Positions 19,067 to 33,092 of a stretch of DNA of 64,000 nucleotides are shown one piece after another. The position numbers and the translations under genes were made by a program. Position 1 is the stretch's first letter. Each line of letters opens with the position of its first letter. The notes below the pieces were generated by a model. The model worked only from the letters and a program-made list of their open reading frames with translations. It ran no database searches and was not told the origin of the DNA. Location: assembly GCF_058153355.1 (NCBI RefSeq), contig NZ_CM177019.1; one strand, written 5' to 3'.

Positions 19067-21135
19067 GTCAGCTTGATGACACCCTCCTTGATGCGCTGAC
19101 GCACGTCACTTTCCCGAAGGGTTTTGTGTCAGCAGAGCCAGCGTCAATTGTCACGGTTGAAGATGTCGATTACCCGATCTGGCAAGTTGATGCGCTAGTC
19201 GTTGGTAGCGGCGCGGCAGGGCTGCGCGCAGCGGTTGAACTTAAGCGCCGCCAGCAAAATGTGCTGATCGCCTCCGCCGGGTTATATATGGGGACATCGG
19301 CATGTTCTGGTTCCGATAAACAGACGCTGTTTACCGCCGCTACCGCGGGCAACGGCGATAACTTCGCCAAACTGGCGGAAGCACTGGCGAGCGGTGGGGC
19401 GATGGATCACGACACCGCTTATGTCGAAGCGGTAGGTTCTCTGCACACTCTTGGCGGGTTGCAATATCTTGGTCTGGAATTACCGGAAGATCGCTATGGC
19501 GCAATTCTTCGTTATCAAACCGACCATGACGAAGCCGGGCGAGCAACCTCGTGTGGGCCGCGTACTTCTCGCCTAATGGTGAAAGTATTGCTGGAGGAAG
19601 TGCAGCGTCTTGCCATACCACTACTGACCAGTGCAACGGTGATTAAGCTCCTGCATCAGCACGGAGAGAATGGCGAAGATCGCGTTGCGGGGGCTATTCT
19701 CGCAACCGGTTCCCGCGCCTATAACCCCTGGGGGCTGGCTATTGTGACGGCGCCCAATGTGGTACTGGCAACGGGCGGACCGGGCGAGCTTTATCGCGAC
19801 AGTGTTTATCCACATAAATGCTTCGGCTCGCTGGGACTGGCACTGGAAGAAGGTTTGACGCTAACCAATCTGACCGAAAGCCAGTTTGGTATAGGCACGC
19901 CGCGCAGCACGTTTCCGTGGAATTTGTCCGGCACCTATGTACAGGTGATCCCATATATCTATTCCGTGGATGCCGGGGGCAACGAGTATAACTTCCTCGC
20001 AGATTACTATCGCACCACCCAGGAGCTGGCTTCAAACATCTTCCGTAAAGGCTATCAGTGGCCGTTTCACGCCACACGAGTGATGGATTTTGGCTCCAGC
20101 TTGTTAGATATGGCAGTAGCGCAAGAGCAGCAATCAGGACGTCAGGTATTTATGGATTTCAATCGCAATCCTGAACCTGTGCCGGGTGACCTGCCGTTCT
20201 CATTAGATCGACTGGACGACGACGTTCGCGCGTATCTGGAAAATAACGACGCTCTGGCACCATCGCCCATCGAACGACTGCAACGAATGAATCCGCTGTC
20301 TATCTCGCTGTATAAGATGCACGGTTACGATCTCACCACGCAGCCATTGCAGTTTGCCATGAATAATCAGCATATAAATGGCGGCATTGAAGTGGATATC
20401 TGGGGGCAAACCTCCCTGCCCGGATGTTTCGCCGTGGGGGAAGTTGCTGGCACACACGGCGTCACTCGCCCTGGTGGTGCGGCATTGAATGCCGGGCAGG
20501 TTTTTGCTGTTCGTCTGGCACGTTTTATTGGTTGCACGCAAAAACGTAATATTGATGGAGATATAGCACAGCTGGTAGCTCCGGCACTGGCTTCTATAAG
20601 AGAGATCATTACTCAGGCGCACGATAACGGGACCGGGATGCCGTTGTCGGTTGTGAGGGAAAAAATTCAGGCACGAATGTCTGACTACGCGGGATTTATT
20701 TGCCATGCCGATAAAGTCCGACGCGCCACTCGTGATGCCCTGCTATTGAACGAATTTGTGCAACGGCATGGATTGGCAATCAAACATGTGGGTGAAGTTG
20801 CCGAGCTATTTATGTGGCGGCATATGGCGCTGACTTCTGCCGCGGTATTAACACAATTAACGCATTATATTGATGCTGGTGGTGGTAGCCGTGGGGCGCG
20901 TATGGTTATTGATCCACAAGGCAAATGCCTACCACAAACTCGTCGCGGCGCAAAAGAAGAATGGCGTTTTCGCTCTGAACTCGCTGAAGACAAAAATCAC
21001 AAATTAACAATTCAATATTCGCAAGGTTCTTTTATTACCGAAGTAAAGTCTTTACGTATGCAACCGTGTATTAACGGTATTTACTTTGAAAAAAACTGGC
21101 CAGACTTTTTAAAGGGAGACATTTACACACAGTAA
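19063..21135 (+). CDS. FAD-dependent oxidoreductase, fumarate reductase/succinate dehydrogenase flavoprotein-like
   Basis: 690 aa; N-terminal dinucleotide fold VVGSGAAGLRAAVEL; second FAD-contact motif GCFAVGEVAGTHG; long C-terminal extension. Confidence 0.7.
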   Translation: MSQLDDTLLDALTHVTFPKGFVSAEPASIVTVEDVDYPIWQVDALVVGSGAAGLRAAVELKRRQQNVLIASAGLYMGTSACSGSDKQTLFTAATAGNGDNFAKLAEALASGGAMDHDTAYVEAVGSLHTLGGLQYLGLELPEDRYGAILRYQTDHDEAGRATSCGPRTSRLMVKVLLEEVQRLAIPLLTSATVIKLLHQHGENGEDRVAGAILATGSRAYNPWGLAIVTAPNVVLATGGPGELYRDSVYPHKCFGSLGLALEEGLTLTNLTESQFGIGTPRSTFPWNLSGTYVQVIPYIYSVDAGGNEYNFLADYYRTTQELASNIFRKGYQWPFHATRVMDFGSSLLDMAVAQEQQSGRQVFMDFNRNPEPVPGDLPFSLDRLDDDVRAYLENNDALAPSPIERLQRMNPLSISLYKMHGYDLTTQPLQFAMNNQHINGGIEVDIWGQTSLPGCFAVGEVAGTHGVTRPGGAALNAGQVFAVRLARFIGCTQKRNIDGDIAQLVAPALASIREIITQAHDNGTGMPLSVVREKIQARMSDYAGFICHADKVRRATRDALLLNEFVQRHGLAIKHVGEVAELFMWRHMALTSAAVLTQLTHYIDAGGGSRGARMVIDPQGKCLPQTRRGAKEEWRFRSELAEDKNHKLTIQYSQGSFITEVKSLRMQPCINGIYFEKNWPDFLKGDIYTQ

Positions 21136-21227
21136 TTTTCAATATTTACTCTGTACCTGATTTTTATTGCCTATTACATGGAAATACCAACAACCAGGGT
21201 TTATTAATATAATTAAAAGGTTTAAAA

Positions 21228-22505
21228 ATGAATAAAATAAAGAATTATCGATGGCATATGATTGCCCTCGTATGCTTTATCACTGTAATCAATTATCTGG
21301 ACAGAACGGCGTTAGGTATTGCGGCTCCAACGATTATGGAGACAACCGGAATAACCAAAGAACAATATTCATGGATTGTCAGTGCATTCCAGTTGGCCTA
21401 TACATTGGGGCAACCGGTAATGGGCTTCTTTATTGATACCGTGGGTCTGAAGTTAAGTTTTGCGATATGTGCCGCAATCTGGGGCCTGGCGACAATGGGG
21501 CATGCCTTGACAGGAACATGGTCAGGTCTGGCATTTATGCGCGCCCTGATGGGTTTCAGCGAAGCATCGGCAATTCCTGCGGGTGTAAAAACCGCATCAA
21601 CATGGTTCCCGGCAAAAGAGCGTGGCGTGGCGACAGGTGTTTTCAATATGGGCACCTCACTCGGCGCGATGCTTGCTCCACCGTTGATTGCCTGGTGCAT
21701 TATGTTTCATAGCTGGCAATTTGCGTTTATTGTCTCAGGTAGCCTTGCTTTACTCGCGGCTTTATTTTGGTTCTTTTGTTATAAAGATCCAAAAGATGCT
21801 AAACGCCTTTCTGATGAAGAGCGCCACTATATTGAGTCTGGGCAAGAACAGCATCTTAAAACAGATAAGAAAGAAAAAACGTCAATCAAGCATATCCTCA
21901 GCCAACGTAATTTCTGGGGGATTGGCATCGCGCGTTTTCTCGCTGACCCGGCATGGGGAACCATTAACTTCTGGGTACCGATTTTCTTCGTCGAAACGCT
22001 GCATTTTAGCCTGAAAGAAATTGCCATGTTCGTCTGGCTGCCTTTCCTGCTGGGCGATCTCGGCTGTTTAGCCAGTGGTTTTGTCGCGAAGTTCTTCCAC
22101 GATCGCGGCGTGAGTTTAATTAACTCACGAAGAATTACCTTCACTATTGCAGCCGTCATTATGATGACGATTGGTCTGGTGAGTATTGTCGAAAATCCCT
22201 ACATCGCCGTATTACTGATTAGCATTGGCGCATTCTCGCATCAATGTCTTTCTACTGTAGCAGCAACTCTGGGCGGTGACCTATTCAAAAAAGACGAAGT
22301 AGCTACCGCAGTGGGTATGGCAGGAGCCTGTGCGTGGAGCGGTCAGTTGATTTTCAACCTGTTCATCGGGGCATTCGTTCACATTATCGGCTTCGCGCCG
22401 TTCTTTATTGCCCTGGCTTTCTTTGACATTATTGGTGCTATTGCGTTGTGGACGCTTATCAAAGTTAAAGATGAAGAACCACAAGTACAGTTAGCTACCC
22501 ACTAA
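21228..22505 (+). CDS. MFS transporter, anion:cation symporter type (hexuronate/galactonate-like)
   Basis: 425 aa, about 12 TM; N-terminal motifs (NYLDRTALGIAAP) typical of ExuT/DgoT/GudP-like acid-sugar permeases. Confidence 0.7.
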   Translation: MNKIKNYRWHMIALVCFITVINYLDRTALGIAAPTIMETTGITKEQYSWIVSAFQLAYTLGQPVMGFFIDTVGLKLSFAICAAIWGLATMGHALTGTWSGLAFMRALMGFSEASAIPAGVKTASTWFPAKERGVATGVFNMGTSLGAMLAPPLIAWCIMFHSWQFAFIVSGSLALLAALFWFFCYKDPKDAKRLSDEERHYIESGQEQHLKTDKKEKTSIKHILSQRNFWGIGIARFLADPAWGTINFWVPIFFVETLHFSLKEIAMFVWLPFLLGDLGCLASGFVAKFFHDRGVSLINSRRITFTIAAVIMMTIGLVSIVENPYIAVLLISIGAFSHQCLSTVAATLGGDLFKKDEVATAVGMAGACAWSGQLIFNLFIGAFVHIIGFAPFFIALAFFDIIGAIALWTLIKVKDEEPQVQLATH

Positions 22506-22774
22506 TTATTTTAAATAAAAACGCTATAATTGAGGTTATGGCGTTTTTAAAGAAGCTTGAGTTATCGAACCTCGCTTACCAACGCGTTGTCAGTCATCTC
22601 CCCCCTCCCTGGTGCATCGTTATATCCGTGATGAGCGATTTTTGATATTAATATCTTTCACCATCCGCTATTTTCACCACTTCAGAAAACAAACTTATTT
22701 TTATTAATATCAATTCTTTTTCTTTGAACATTCAACTGCGATATTTGTAAAAATATTAAACAGGCAACAATAAA

Positions 22775-23569
22775 ATGACATTACCAACAACTATTTATTC
22801 ATTCCCCGCATATTTACCTCGTTTTTCGTCCACCGACAAACCAGCAAAACTAAAATTTCATCAATACGCACGCGCTACATTACTGTCAAATCGTGGAAGA
22901 GATCATAATTGCGATGGCAGACGTACTGTTGAGATCCACAAACTAGATCTCTCAGACTGGCAAGCATTCAATAAGCTAGCGACGAGGTGTAATACTTACG
23001 ATGGAATAACAATGAATGGTGATAATTCTTTTGGATGGAACCATGAAGCTACATTAGATAATATTCACGCCCAGAAATACAATAAAGCTTACGCGGGTGC
23101 GCGGTTAACCGCAGAACTGAAATATTTATTGCAAGATGTCGAATCCTTCGAACCCAACAGTAAATACACAATACACGAAGTGGTTTTGGGACCTGGTTAT
23201 GGTACTCCAGACTATACCGGCCAAACGATAGGATACGTTGTAACCCTTCCTGCCCAAATGCCTAATTGCTGGTCATCTGAACTACCAACAATCGATCTTT
23301 ATATCGACCAACTTCGCACTGTTACAGGCGTTTCTAATGCCCTCGGATTCATCATTGCTGCATTGCTAAACGCGTATTCTGATTTACCCCATGATTTGAA
23401 AATTGGTCTACGTTCCTTATCAAATTCAGCCGCAATCTACTCGGGTTTAGGTTTCGAGCGAGTGCCGCAGGACCGAGACATAAGGAGTGATCGTATGCAT
23501 CTAACGCCAGCAAACCATCCTGACTTATGGACACAAGAGAATGGTGAATGGATCTACTTGCGAAATTAA
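22775..23569 (+). CDS. yjfZ: uncharacterized protein YjfZ
   Basis: 264 aa ORF at the yjfZ position; AT-rich upstream leader. Confidence 0.75.
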   Translation: MTLPTTIYSFPAYLPRFSSTDKPAKLKFHQYARATLLSNRGRDHNCDGRRTVEIHKLDLSDWQAFNKLATRCNTYDGITMNGDNSFGWNHEATLDNIHAQKYNKAYAGARLTAELKYLLQDVESFEPNSKYTIHEVVLGPGYGTPDYTGQTIGYVVTLPAQMPNCWSSELPTIDLYIDQLRTVTGVSNALGFIIAALLNAYSDLPHDLKIGLRSLSNSAAIYSGLGFERVPQDRDIRSDRMHLTPANHPDLWTQENGEWIYLRN

Positions 23570-23591
23570 TGCCTGACGAAAAATAGAAAGC

Positions 23592-23619
23592 AAAACGCCG
23601 ACCAATGGTCGGCGTTTTT
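23592..23619. terminator. bidirectional rho-independent terminator (yjfZ / rplI)
   Basis: aaaacgccgacc-aatg-gtcggcgttttt: GC stem flanked by A-run and T-run. Confidence 0.65.
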
Positions 23620-23639
23620 ACGTCTCGTTGAATAACGAA

Positions 23640-24101
<462 letters not shown>

Positions 24102-24130
24102 TCAAAGTCGTATTAATGGACCGTGACCGA

Positions 24131-24677
<547 letters not shown>

Positions 24678-24683
24678 CAGAAA

Positions 24684-25097
<414 letters not shown>

Positions 25098-25406
25098 TTA
25101 TTCAGCCTCCTGTCTGGGTCAGCCGAATCCCGGGGAGGCAAGGAACGTGTTAAAGGTCGGCTGAAAAATGACGCGTTATAGTACTGACATACCCCGCTAA
25201 ACTCAAGGCCAGCCGACAAATAAATCTCATCTTTCACCAAATCGTACTAACACGCTGATTTGAAGTTCATCACACCTCATCATGGTGTTTTTTTGAACAA
25301 CTGCATCAGAAATGGTCACCATCCACTTCTTTATCATTGATTAAAATTAAATCAGAAGATCACCACAAGAGGAGAGCACACAAAGTCAGCCGTCGAGGAG
25401 GTATCT

Positions 25407-25682
25407 ATGTTCAGCCGTGTTTTAGCCCTTCTGGCTGTGCTTTTGCTAAGTGCAAATACATGGGCAGCCATTGAAATTAATAACCACCAGGCCAGAAATA
25501 TGGACGATGTGCAAAGCTTAGGCGTGATTTATATCAATCATAATTTCGCCACTGAAAGTGAAGCACGTCAGGCATTAAATGAAGAGACAGATGCGCAGGG
25601 CGCAACGTACTACCATGTGATTCTGATGCGGGAACCGGGGAGTAACGGCAATATGCACGCCAGCGCGGATATTTATCGCTAG
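25407..25682 (+). CDS. yjfY: YdgH/BhsA/McbA-like small periplasmic protein YjfY
   Basis: 91 aa with signal peptide; GGAGG RBS. Confidence 0.85.
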   Translation: MFSRVLALLAVLLLSANTWAAIEINNHQARNMDDVQSLGVIYINHNFATESEARQALNEETDAQGATYYHVILMREPGSNGNMHASADIYR

Positions 25683-25722
25683 CACCAGGTATAACCAACG
25701 AAACATTGCCATAGTTTGCTTT

Positions 25723-25746
25723 GCCCCCTTCTCAGGGGGCTTTTTT
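25723..25746 (+). terminator. yjfY rho-independent terminator
   Basis: gccccct-tctc-agggggc followed by tttttt. Confidence 0.7.
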
Positions 25747-25755
25747 ATGCGCCAT

Positions 25756-26307
25756 TCAACGAATAACGACTTCCGGATCCGGCTCATGAGTAATGCGATT
25801 ACGTAAGTCGCGGCGCATAATTTCTATTATCCAGAACCAGAAAATGTGCCCAAGGATTTCAGATGCATATTCGTCAAAAGGCAATTGAGTGAGCGGCGGC
25901 GTTAAATTCAGCGCCGGGCAAAATATACCGTGGACTGCCACTGTCACAATAAGCCCTGCTAATATCCCCTGCCATAATTTCACTTTCGGGAAAATTTCCG
26001 CGACCACACAATACCCTATCGCAAAAACCAGTGAGAAAATGATATGCGTCACCATCACCGGGTTGATAATATGTTCCGAGAATGTATACACAGTTTGGGT
26101 TGGGTCGATCCCTAAATAATCCCGTAGAAAGATATACGGCGGATTAAACTCATCGCGACCACCGGAAAATGTGCGCGGTGGCAAGGGAACTTCCGCTCCC
26201 CATTTAACAAATGCTGAAATAATTCCTGAAAGTACACCCACAAGTAACGCAACGCCATAACGGCGACGCTGCGGATCCGTTCTGACAAACAATCCGTTGA
26301 TAGCCAT
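25756..26307 (-). CDS. YagU-like inner membrane protein
   Basis: 183 aa, 3-4 TM; motifs RRRYG...[41 protein letters not shown] as I recall them from E. coli YagU; not present at this locus in K-12 as recalled. Confidence 0.6.
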   Translation of the reverse strand: MAINGLFVRTDPQRRRYGVALLVGVLSGIISAFVKWGAEVPLPPRTFSGGRDEFNPPYIFLRDYLGIDPTQTVYTFSEHIINPVMVTHIIFSLVFAIGYCVVAEIFPKVKLWQGILAGLIVTVAVHGIFCPALNLTPPLTQLPFDEYASEILGHIFWFWIIEIMRRDLRNRITHEPDPEVVIR

Positions 26308-26403
26308 AAAAACACCTGTTGTTTATACGATTTTTTAACAGAAACGGCCCCGGAATCAGACCAATTACATCCCGCAGGAGGTAATAATTCCGGGGCGCAC
26401 TGC

Positions 26404-27090
26404 TTACTTCTGCCCGTAATAGGCGTTAGGACCGTGCTTACGCATGAAGTGTTTATTCATGAGATAGCTGTCGATGTGATTCAGTTGTGGGTTAATGCCG
26501 CGGGCAATCCACGCCATTTTCGCCACTTCTTCCATTACCACCGCGTTATGCACCGCATCGTGAGCATCTTTCCCCCAGGCGAATGGCCCGTGCTGATACA
26601 CCACAATTCCCGGCGTATGCAGCGGCTCGGCGTCACCCAGCGTTTCGATAATCACTTTGCCAGTGTTTAGCTCGTATTCCCCCTGCACTTCTTCTTCGCT
26701 TAACCCGCGCGTACAGGGGATATCGCCAAAGAAGTAGTCAGCATGCGTGGTGCCTAATGCCGGGATAGCCAGCCCCGCCTGCGCCCATGCGGTGGCATGC
26801 GTGGAATGGGTATGGACAATGCCACCAAGCGACGGATAACGACGGTAGAGTTCAAGATGCGTCGCAGTGTCGGAAGACGGACGATACTCCCCTTCCACCA
26901 CCTTGCCGCTCATATCAACCACCACCATATCGTCTGCTTTCATGGTTTCGTAGGCGACACCGCTGGGCTTGATCACCACCAGCCCGCGTTCGCGGTCAAT
27001 GGCGCTGACGTTACCCCAGGTAAAGGTCACCAGCCCGTAACGCGGCAGATCCATGTTGGCTTCAAATACCTGCTGTTTCAGCTTTTGCAT
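26404..27090 (-). CDS. ulaF: L-ribulose-5-phosphate 4-epimerase
   Basis: 228 aa class II aldolase/epimerase. Confidence 0.93.
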   Translation of the reverse strand: MQKLKQQVFEANMDLPRYGLVTFTWGNVSAIDRERGLVVIKPSGVAYETMKADDMVVVDMSGKVVEGEYRPSSDTATHLELYRRYPSLGGIVHTHSTHATAWAQAGLAIPALGTTHADYFFGDIPCTRGLSEEEVQGEYELNTGKVIIETLGDAEPLHTPGIVVYQHGPFAWGKDAHDAVHNAVVMEEVAKMAWIARGINPQLNHIDSYLMNKHFMRKHGPNAYYGQK

Positions 27091-27944
27091 TATGTCGCCT
27101 CCACCATGCCTGCTTTAGCCATGCGCGCTTTCACCCAATCACGCGCTTTCGCCACTTCTGCCGCCGGGTCTTCCGCCGTTTCGCTCCACATCTCAATCAG
27201 GTACGGCCCGCAATAACCACTCTGTTTGAGCGTTTCGAAGCAACGTTCGAAATCCACTACACCTTCCCCAAACTGGACGTTTTTGAAGACGCCTGGTTTG
27301 GTGTCTTTCACATGCACCGCGACGATATGCCCGATCCCGGCCTGCAACTCCATCTGCACGTCGTTATCCCACGCCGACAAGTTGCCGATATCCGGGTAGA
27401 GCTGGAACCACGGGTTGTTAAGATAGTGCGCGTAACCCAGCGCCTTGCTGATGGAGTTCATCAACGGGTAATCCATGATCTCCATTGCCAGCGTCACCTG
27501 CGCGCGGCTCGCCATCTCAACGCTCTCTTTCAGGCCGTCACGGAAACGACGACGCGTTTCGTTATTGGCTTCCTGATAGTAAACGTCGTAGCCCGCCAGT
27601 TGGATCACGCGAATACCGACATCCTGGGCGAACTGGATAGCTTTGCGCATAATCTCCAGCCCCTGCGCCCGCACTGCGTCATCTTCGCTGCCCAGCGGGA
27701 AACGACGATGAGCAGAAAGGCACATGGATGGTACGCGCACGCCGGTTTCAACAATCGCGTTCACCAGCGCCAGACGCTGCTCGCGGCTCCAGTCAAGGCG
27801 CGAGAGGCGATCGTCCGTTTCATCTACCGACATCTCGACAAAATCGAAGCCTAACGTTTTTGCCAGTTGCAGCCGTTCCAGCCAGCACTCCCCGGCGGGG
27901 AGCGCTTTTTCGTAGATGCCAAGCGGGATTTGTTTGGACAACAT
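27090..27944 (-). CDS. ulaE: L-ribulose-5-phosphate 3-epimerase
   Basis: 284 aa xylose-isomerase-like TIM barrel; stop overlaps ulaF start. Confidence 0.93.
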   Translation of the reverse strand: MLSKQIPLGIYEKALPAGECWLERLQLAKTLGFDFVEMSVDETDDRLSRLDWSREQRLALVNAIVETGVRVPSMCLSAHRRFPLGSEDDAVRAQGLEIMRKAIQFAQDVGIRVIQLAGYDVYYQEANNETRRRFRDGLKESVEMASRAQVTLAMEIMDYPLMNSISKALGYAHYLNNPWFQLYPDIGNLSAWDNDVQMELQAGIGHIVAVHVKDTKPGVFKNVQFGEGVVDFERCFETLKQSGYCGPYLIEMWSETAEDPAAEVAKARDWVKARMAKAGMVEAT

Positions 27945-27953
27945 ATCCGCTCC

Positions 27954-28604
27954 TTAGCCCCACAGTTCGGCGATGGAACGTTTGAACTGACGCGCGGCTT
28001 CAACCGGAGAGGCGGCATCACGGATACTACGCCCAGCGATAAACACATGAATCGGAATGCCTTTGAACAGCGGCAGGTCTTCCAGCGCCAGGCCACCGGT
28101 GACGGTGACTTTGAAGCCCATATCGGAAAGACGTTTGATCGCGGTGATATCCGCTTCGCCCCACGCCACGCCTGCGGCCTGCGCGTCACGGCTGCGGTGA
28201 TAAACCACCTGCTGGATACCTGCGTCGCGCCACTGCTGCGCCTGTTCCCAGGTCCAGTAACCGGTCAGTTCGATCTGCACGTCGCCATTAAACTCTTTTG
28301 CCACGTCCAGCGCGCCTTTGGCGGTGTTGATATCTGCACAACAAATCACGGTCACCCAGTCAGCGTTAGCTTCAAAGCACATACGAGAAAGGATTTTGCC
28401 CGCATCGGCGATTTTGGCGTCTGCCAGCACGATTTTGTGCGGATAAAGCGCTTTCAGATCGCGAACCGCACGCACACCTTCGCCCACGCACAGAATGGTG
28501 CCCACTTCGATAATGTCGACTTCTTCGGCAATCAGGCGAGTGGTTTCGTAGGCGCTAGCCATAGTCTGGTTGTCCAGCGCGACTTGCAACATCGGTAATG
28601 ACAT
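27954..28604 (-). CDS. ulaD: 3-keto-L-gulonate-6-phosphate decarboxylase
   Basis: Start trimmed to [11 protein letters not shown] (216 aa); OMP-decarboxylase-like. Confidence 0.93.
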   Translation of the reverse strand: MSLPMLQVALDNQTMASAYETTRLIAEEVDIIEVGTILCVGEGVRAVRDLKALYPHKIVLADAKIADAGKILSRMCFEANADWVTVICCADINTAKGALDVAKEFNGDVQIELTGYWTWEQAQQWRDAGIQQVVYHRSRDAQAAGVAWGEADITAIKRLSDMGFKVTVTGGLALEDLPLFKGIPIHVFIAGRSIRDAASPVEAARQFKRSIAELWG

Positions 28605-28617
28605 TTTCAATTCCTTC

Positions 28618-29082
28618 TTAAGCAGCCGCGTTGGTGCGGTCAATGAGATCCAGGACTTCCTGCTCGGTACGGCAGGCGCGTAAACGGTCGAAATTCTCTT
28701 CATCTTCAAACAGGTTGACGATCTGCATGATGCCCACTTCCTGATGCGTGTTGGCATCGACCGCCGCCATCGTGATGAGGATATCCACCGGGTCGTTATC
28801 TTCGTGGTTGAACTCCAGCGGCTTTTTCAGCGTCACCAGTGCAAAACCCGTTTTCTTAACGCCCTCTTCCGGGCGACCATGCGGCATTGCCAGGCCCGGT
28901 GCGAGCACAAAGTACGGACCGTGCTGTTCAACCGCATCCAGAATCGCCTGGTAGTAACGCGGCTCGACAACATCCGCCGCCACCAGCAGGTCAACGCCGA
29001 TTTTTACGGCTTCCTGCCAGGTATTGGCTTCCGCCTGTAAACGGATGGATTTATTCTCAGCCAGCGAATCACGTAATTTCAT
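28618..29082 (-). CDS. ulaC: ascorbate-specific PTS EIIA
   Basis: 154 aa. Confidence 0.93.
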   Translation of the reverse strand: MKLRDSLAENKSIRLQAEANTWQEAVKIGVDLLVAADVVEPRYYQAILDAVEQHGPYFVLAPGLAMPHGRPEEGVKKTGFALVTLKKPLEFNHEDNDPVDILITMAAVDANTHQEVGIMQIVNLFEDEENFDRLRACRTEQEVLDLIDRTNAAA

Positions 29083-29091
29083 AGCGCGCCC

Positions 29092-29397
29092 TTACTTCAC
29101 GTCCTGCGGGAAATGTTCTTTGATCACTTCCAGCAGTTTCGGGCCAAAGTCAGCAGGAGAGAGCATGTTGCGCACGCCAACGACATATTTGTTGCCGGTC
29201 ACGGTGATTTCGCCCGCGATGTGCGTAGAAGCGATGATGATATCCGCGCCGCTCAACTCGCTTTTGTATTCACCAACCGCGCAGCTGTTTACCGTGTGGT
29301 CGATGTTCGACTGGGTTAAAAACTGGTCCACTTTCATTTTCATGATCATGGAACTGCCTTGTCCGTTGCCACACACAGCCAGAATACGTACGGTCAT
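29092..29397 (-). CDS. ulaB: ascorbate-specific PTS EIIB
   Basis: Start at [16 protein letters not shown] (101 aa), active-site Cys. Confidence 0.93.
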
Positions 29398-29412
29398 AAT
29401 CAAAACTCCTTA

Positions 29413-31164
<1,752 letters not shown>

Positions 31165-32229
31165 ATGAGTAAAGTGAAAAGTATCACCCGTGAATCCTGG
31201 ATCCTGAGCACTTTCCCGGAGTGGGGTAGCTGGTTGAATGAAGAAATTGAACAAGAACAGGTAGCTCCTGGCACATTCGCGATGTGGTGGCTAGGCTGCA
31301 CCGGGATCTGGCTGAAATCGGAAGGTGGCACCAACGTTTGCGTCGATTTCTGGTGTGGTACTGGCAAACAAAGTCACGGTAACCCACTAATGAAACAGGG
31401 TCACCAGATGCAGCGCATGGCTGGCGTGAAAAAACTGCAGCCAAACCTGCGCACCACCCCGTTTGTTCTTGATCCGTTTGCGATTCGCCAGATCGACGCA
31501 GTACTGGCAACTCACGATCACAACGATCATATCGACGTCAACGTCGCTGCTGCCGTGATGCAGAACTGCGCTGATGACGTGCCATTTATCGGGCCGAAAA
31601 CCTGCGTGGATTTGTGGATTGGCTGGGGTGTGCCGAAAGAACGTTGCATCGTGGTCAAACCGGGCGATGTCGTTAAAGTGAAAGACATTGAAATTCATGC
31701 CCTTGACGCGTTTGACCGTACTGCACTGATCACTTTGCCTGCCGATCAAAAAGCGGCTGGCGTACTGCCAGACGGCATGGACGATCGCGCGGTAAACTAC
31801 CTGTTCAAAACGCCGGGCGGTACCCTGTATCACAGTGGCGATTCCCACTACTCTAACTACTATGCGAAGCACGGTAACGAGCATCAGATCGACGTGGCAT
31901 TAGGTTCATACGGTGAAAACCCACGTGGTATCACCGACAAAATGACCAGTGCTGATATCCTGCGTATGGCAGAAGCGCTGAATACAAAAGTGGTTATCCC
32001 GTTCCACCATGATATCTGGTCAAACTTCCAGGCCGATCCGCAAGAGATCCGCGTACTGTGGGAGATGAAAAAAGATCGCCTGAAGTATGGCTTCAAGCCG
32101 TTTATCTGGCAGGTCGGTGGCAAATTTACCTGGCCGCTGGATAAAGACAACTTCGAGTACCACTATCCACGTGGTTTTGACGATTGCTTCACCATTGAAC
32201 CGGATCTGCCGTTCAAGTCGTTCCTGTAA
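31165..32229 (+). CDS. ulaG: L-ascorbate-6-phosphate lactonase
   Basis: 354 aa from [12 protein letters not shown]; metallo-beta-lactamase motif HDHNDH. Confidence 0.93.
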   Translation: MSKVKSITRESWILSTFPEWGSWLNEEIEQEQVAPGTFAMWWLGCTGIWLKSEGGTNVCVDFWCGTGKQSHGNPLMKQGHQMQRMAGVKKLQPNLRTTPFVLDPFAIRQIDAVLATHDHNDHIDVNVAAAVMQNCADDVPFIGPKTCVDLWIGWGVPKERCIVVKPGDVVKVKDIEIHALDAFDRTALITLPADQKAAGVLPDGMDDRAVNYLFKTPGGTLYHSGDSHYSNYYAKHGNEHQIDVALGSYGENPRGITDKMTSADILRMAEALNTKVVIPFHHDIWSNFQADPQEIRVLWEMKKDRLKYGFKPFIWQVGGKFTWPLDKDNFEYHYPRGFDDCFTIEPDLPFKSFL

Positions 32230-32336
32230 TCTGTCGTTTATACCGGATGGCGTGGAGAAGTTCGCGCTATCCGGCGTAGTATTTCCTGGCTATTTCAAAT
32301 ATCATCTAAAAAAATCAAATTTTATCGGAATAGCTC

Positions 32337-33092
32337 ATGACTGAAGCACAAAGACATCAAATTCTCCTGGAAATGCTCGCACAATTGGGCTTTGTGACCG
32401 TTGAGAAAGTCGTTGAGCGTCTGGGAATTTCGCCTGCTACCGCTCGACGCGATATCAATAAACTTGACGAAAGCGGCAAACTGAAAAAAGTGCGCAATGG
32501 CGCAGAAGCCATCACCCAGCAGCGCCCACGCTGGACGCCGATGAATCTGCATCAGGCGCAGAACCATGATGAAAAAGTACGTATCGCTAAAGCAGCCTCG
32601 CAGCTGGTGAATCCCGGCGAAAGCGTCGTCATCAACTGCGGTTCCACCGCGTTTCTGCTTGGGCGGGAAATGTGTGGCAAGCCAGTGCAAATCATTACTA
32701 ATTATCTACCGCTGGCGAATTACCTGATCGATCAGGAGCATGACAGCGTGATTATCATGGGCGGCCAATACAACAAAAGCCAGTCCATCACCTTAAGTCC
32801 ACAGGGCAGCGAAAACAGTCTCTATGCCGGGCACTGGATGTTTACCAGCGGCAAAGGACTGACCGCAGAAGGGTTGTATAAAACTGATATGCTGACGGCA
32901 ATGGCAGAGCAGAAGATGTTGAGCGTGGTAGGGAAACTGGTGGTACTGGTTGATAGCAGTAAGATCGGCGAACGTGCGGGGATGCTCTTTAGTCGTGCAG
33001 ATCAAATCGATATGCTGATCACCGGCAAAAATGCTAACCCGGAAATCCTGCAACAACTGGAAGCGCAAGGGGTCAGCATTCTGCGTGTTTAA
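32337..33092 (+). CDS. ulaR: DeoR-family repressor of the ula regulon
   Basis: 251 aa; N-terminal HTH, DeoR C-terminal sugar-binding domain. Confidence 0.93.

Noticed and set aside
8238-22505. Mobile-element or defense-island origin for the accessory blocks
   Set aside because: No integrase, transposase, IS inverted repeats, phage genes or flanking direct repeats were seen at any of the four insertion junctions, and the encoded proteins show no nuclease, helicase or methyltransferase signatures. They look like pangenome indels, not active mobile elements or defense systems.
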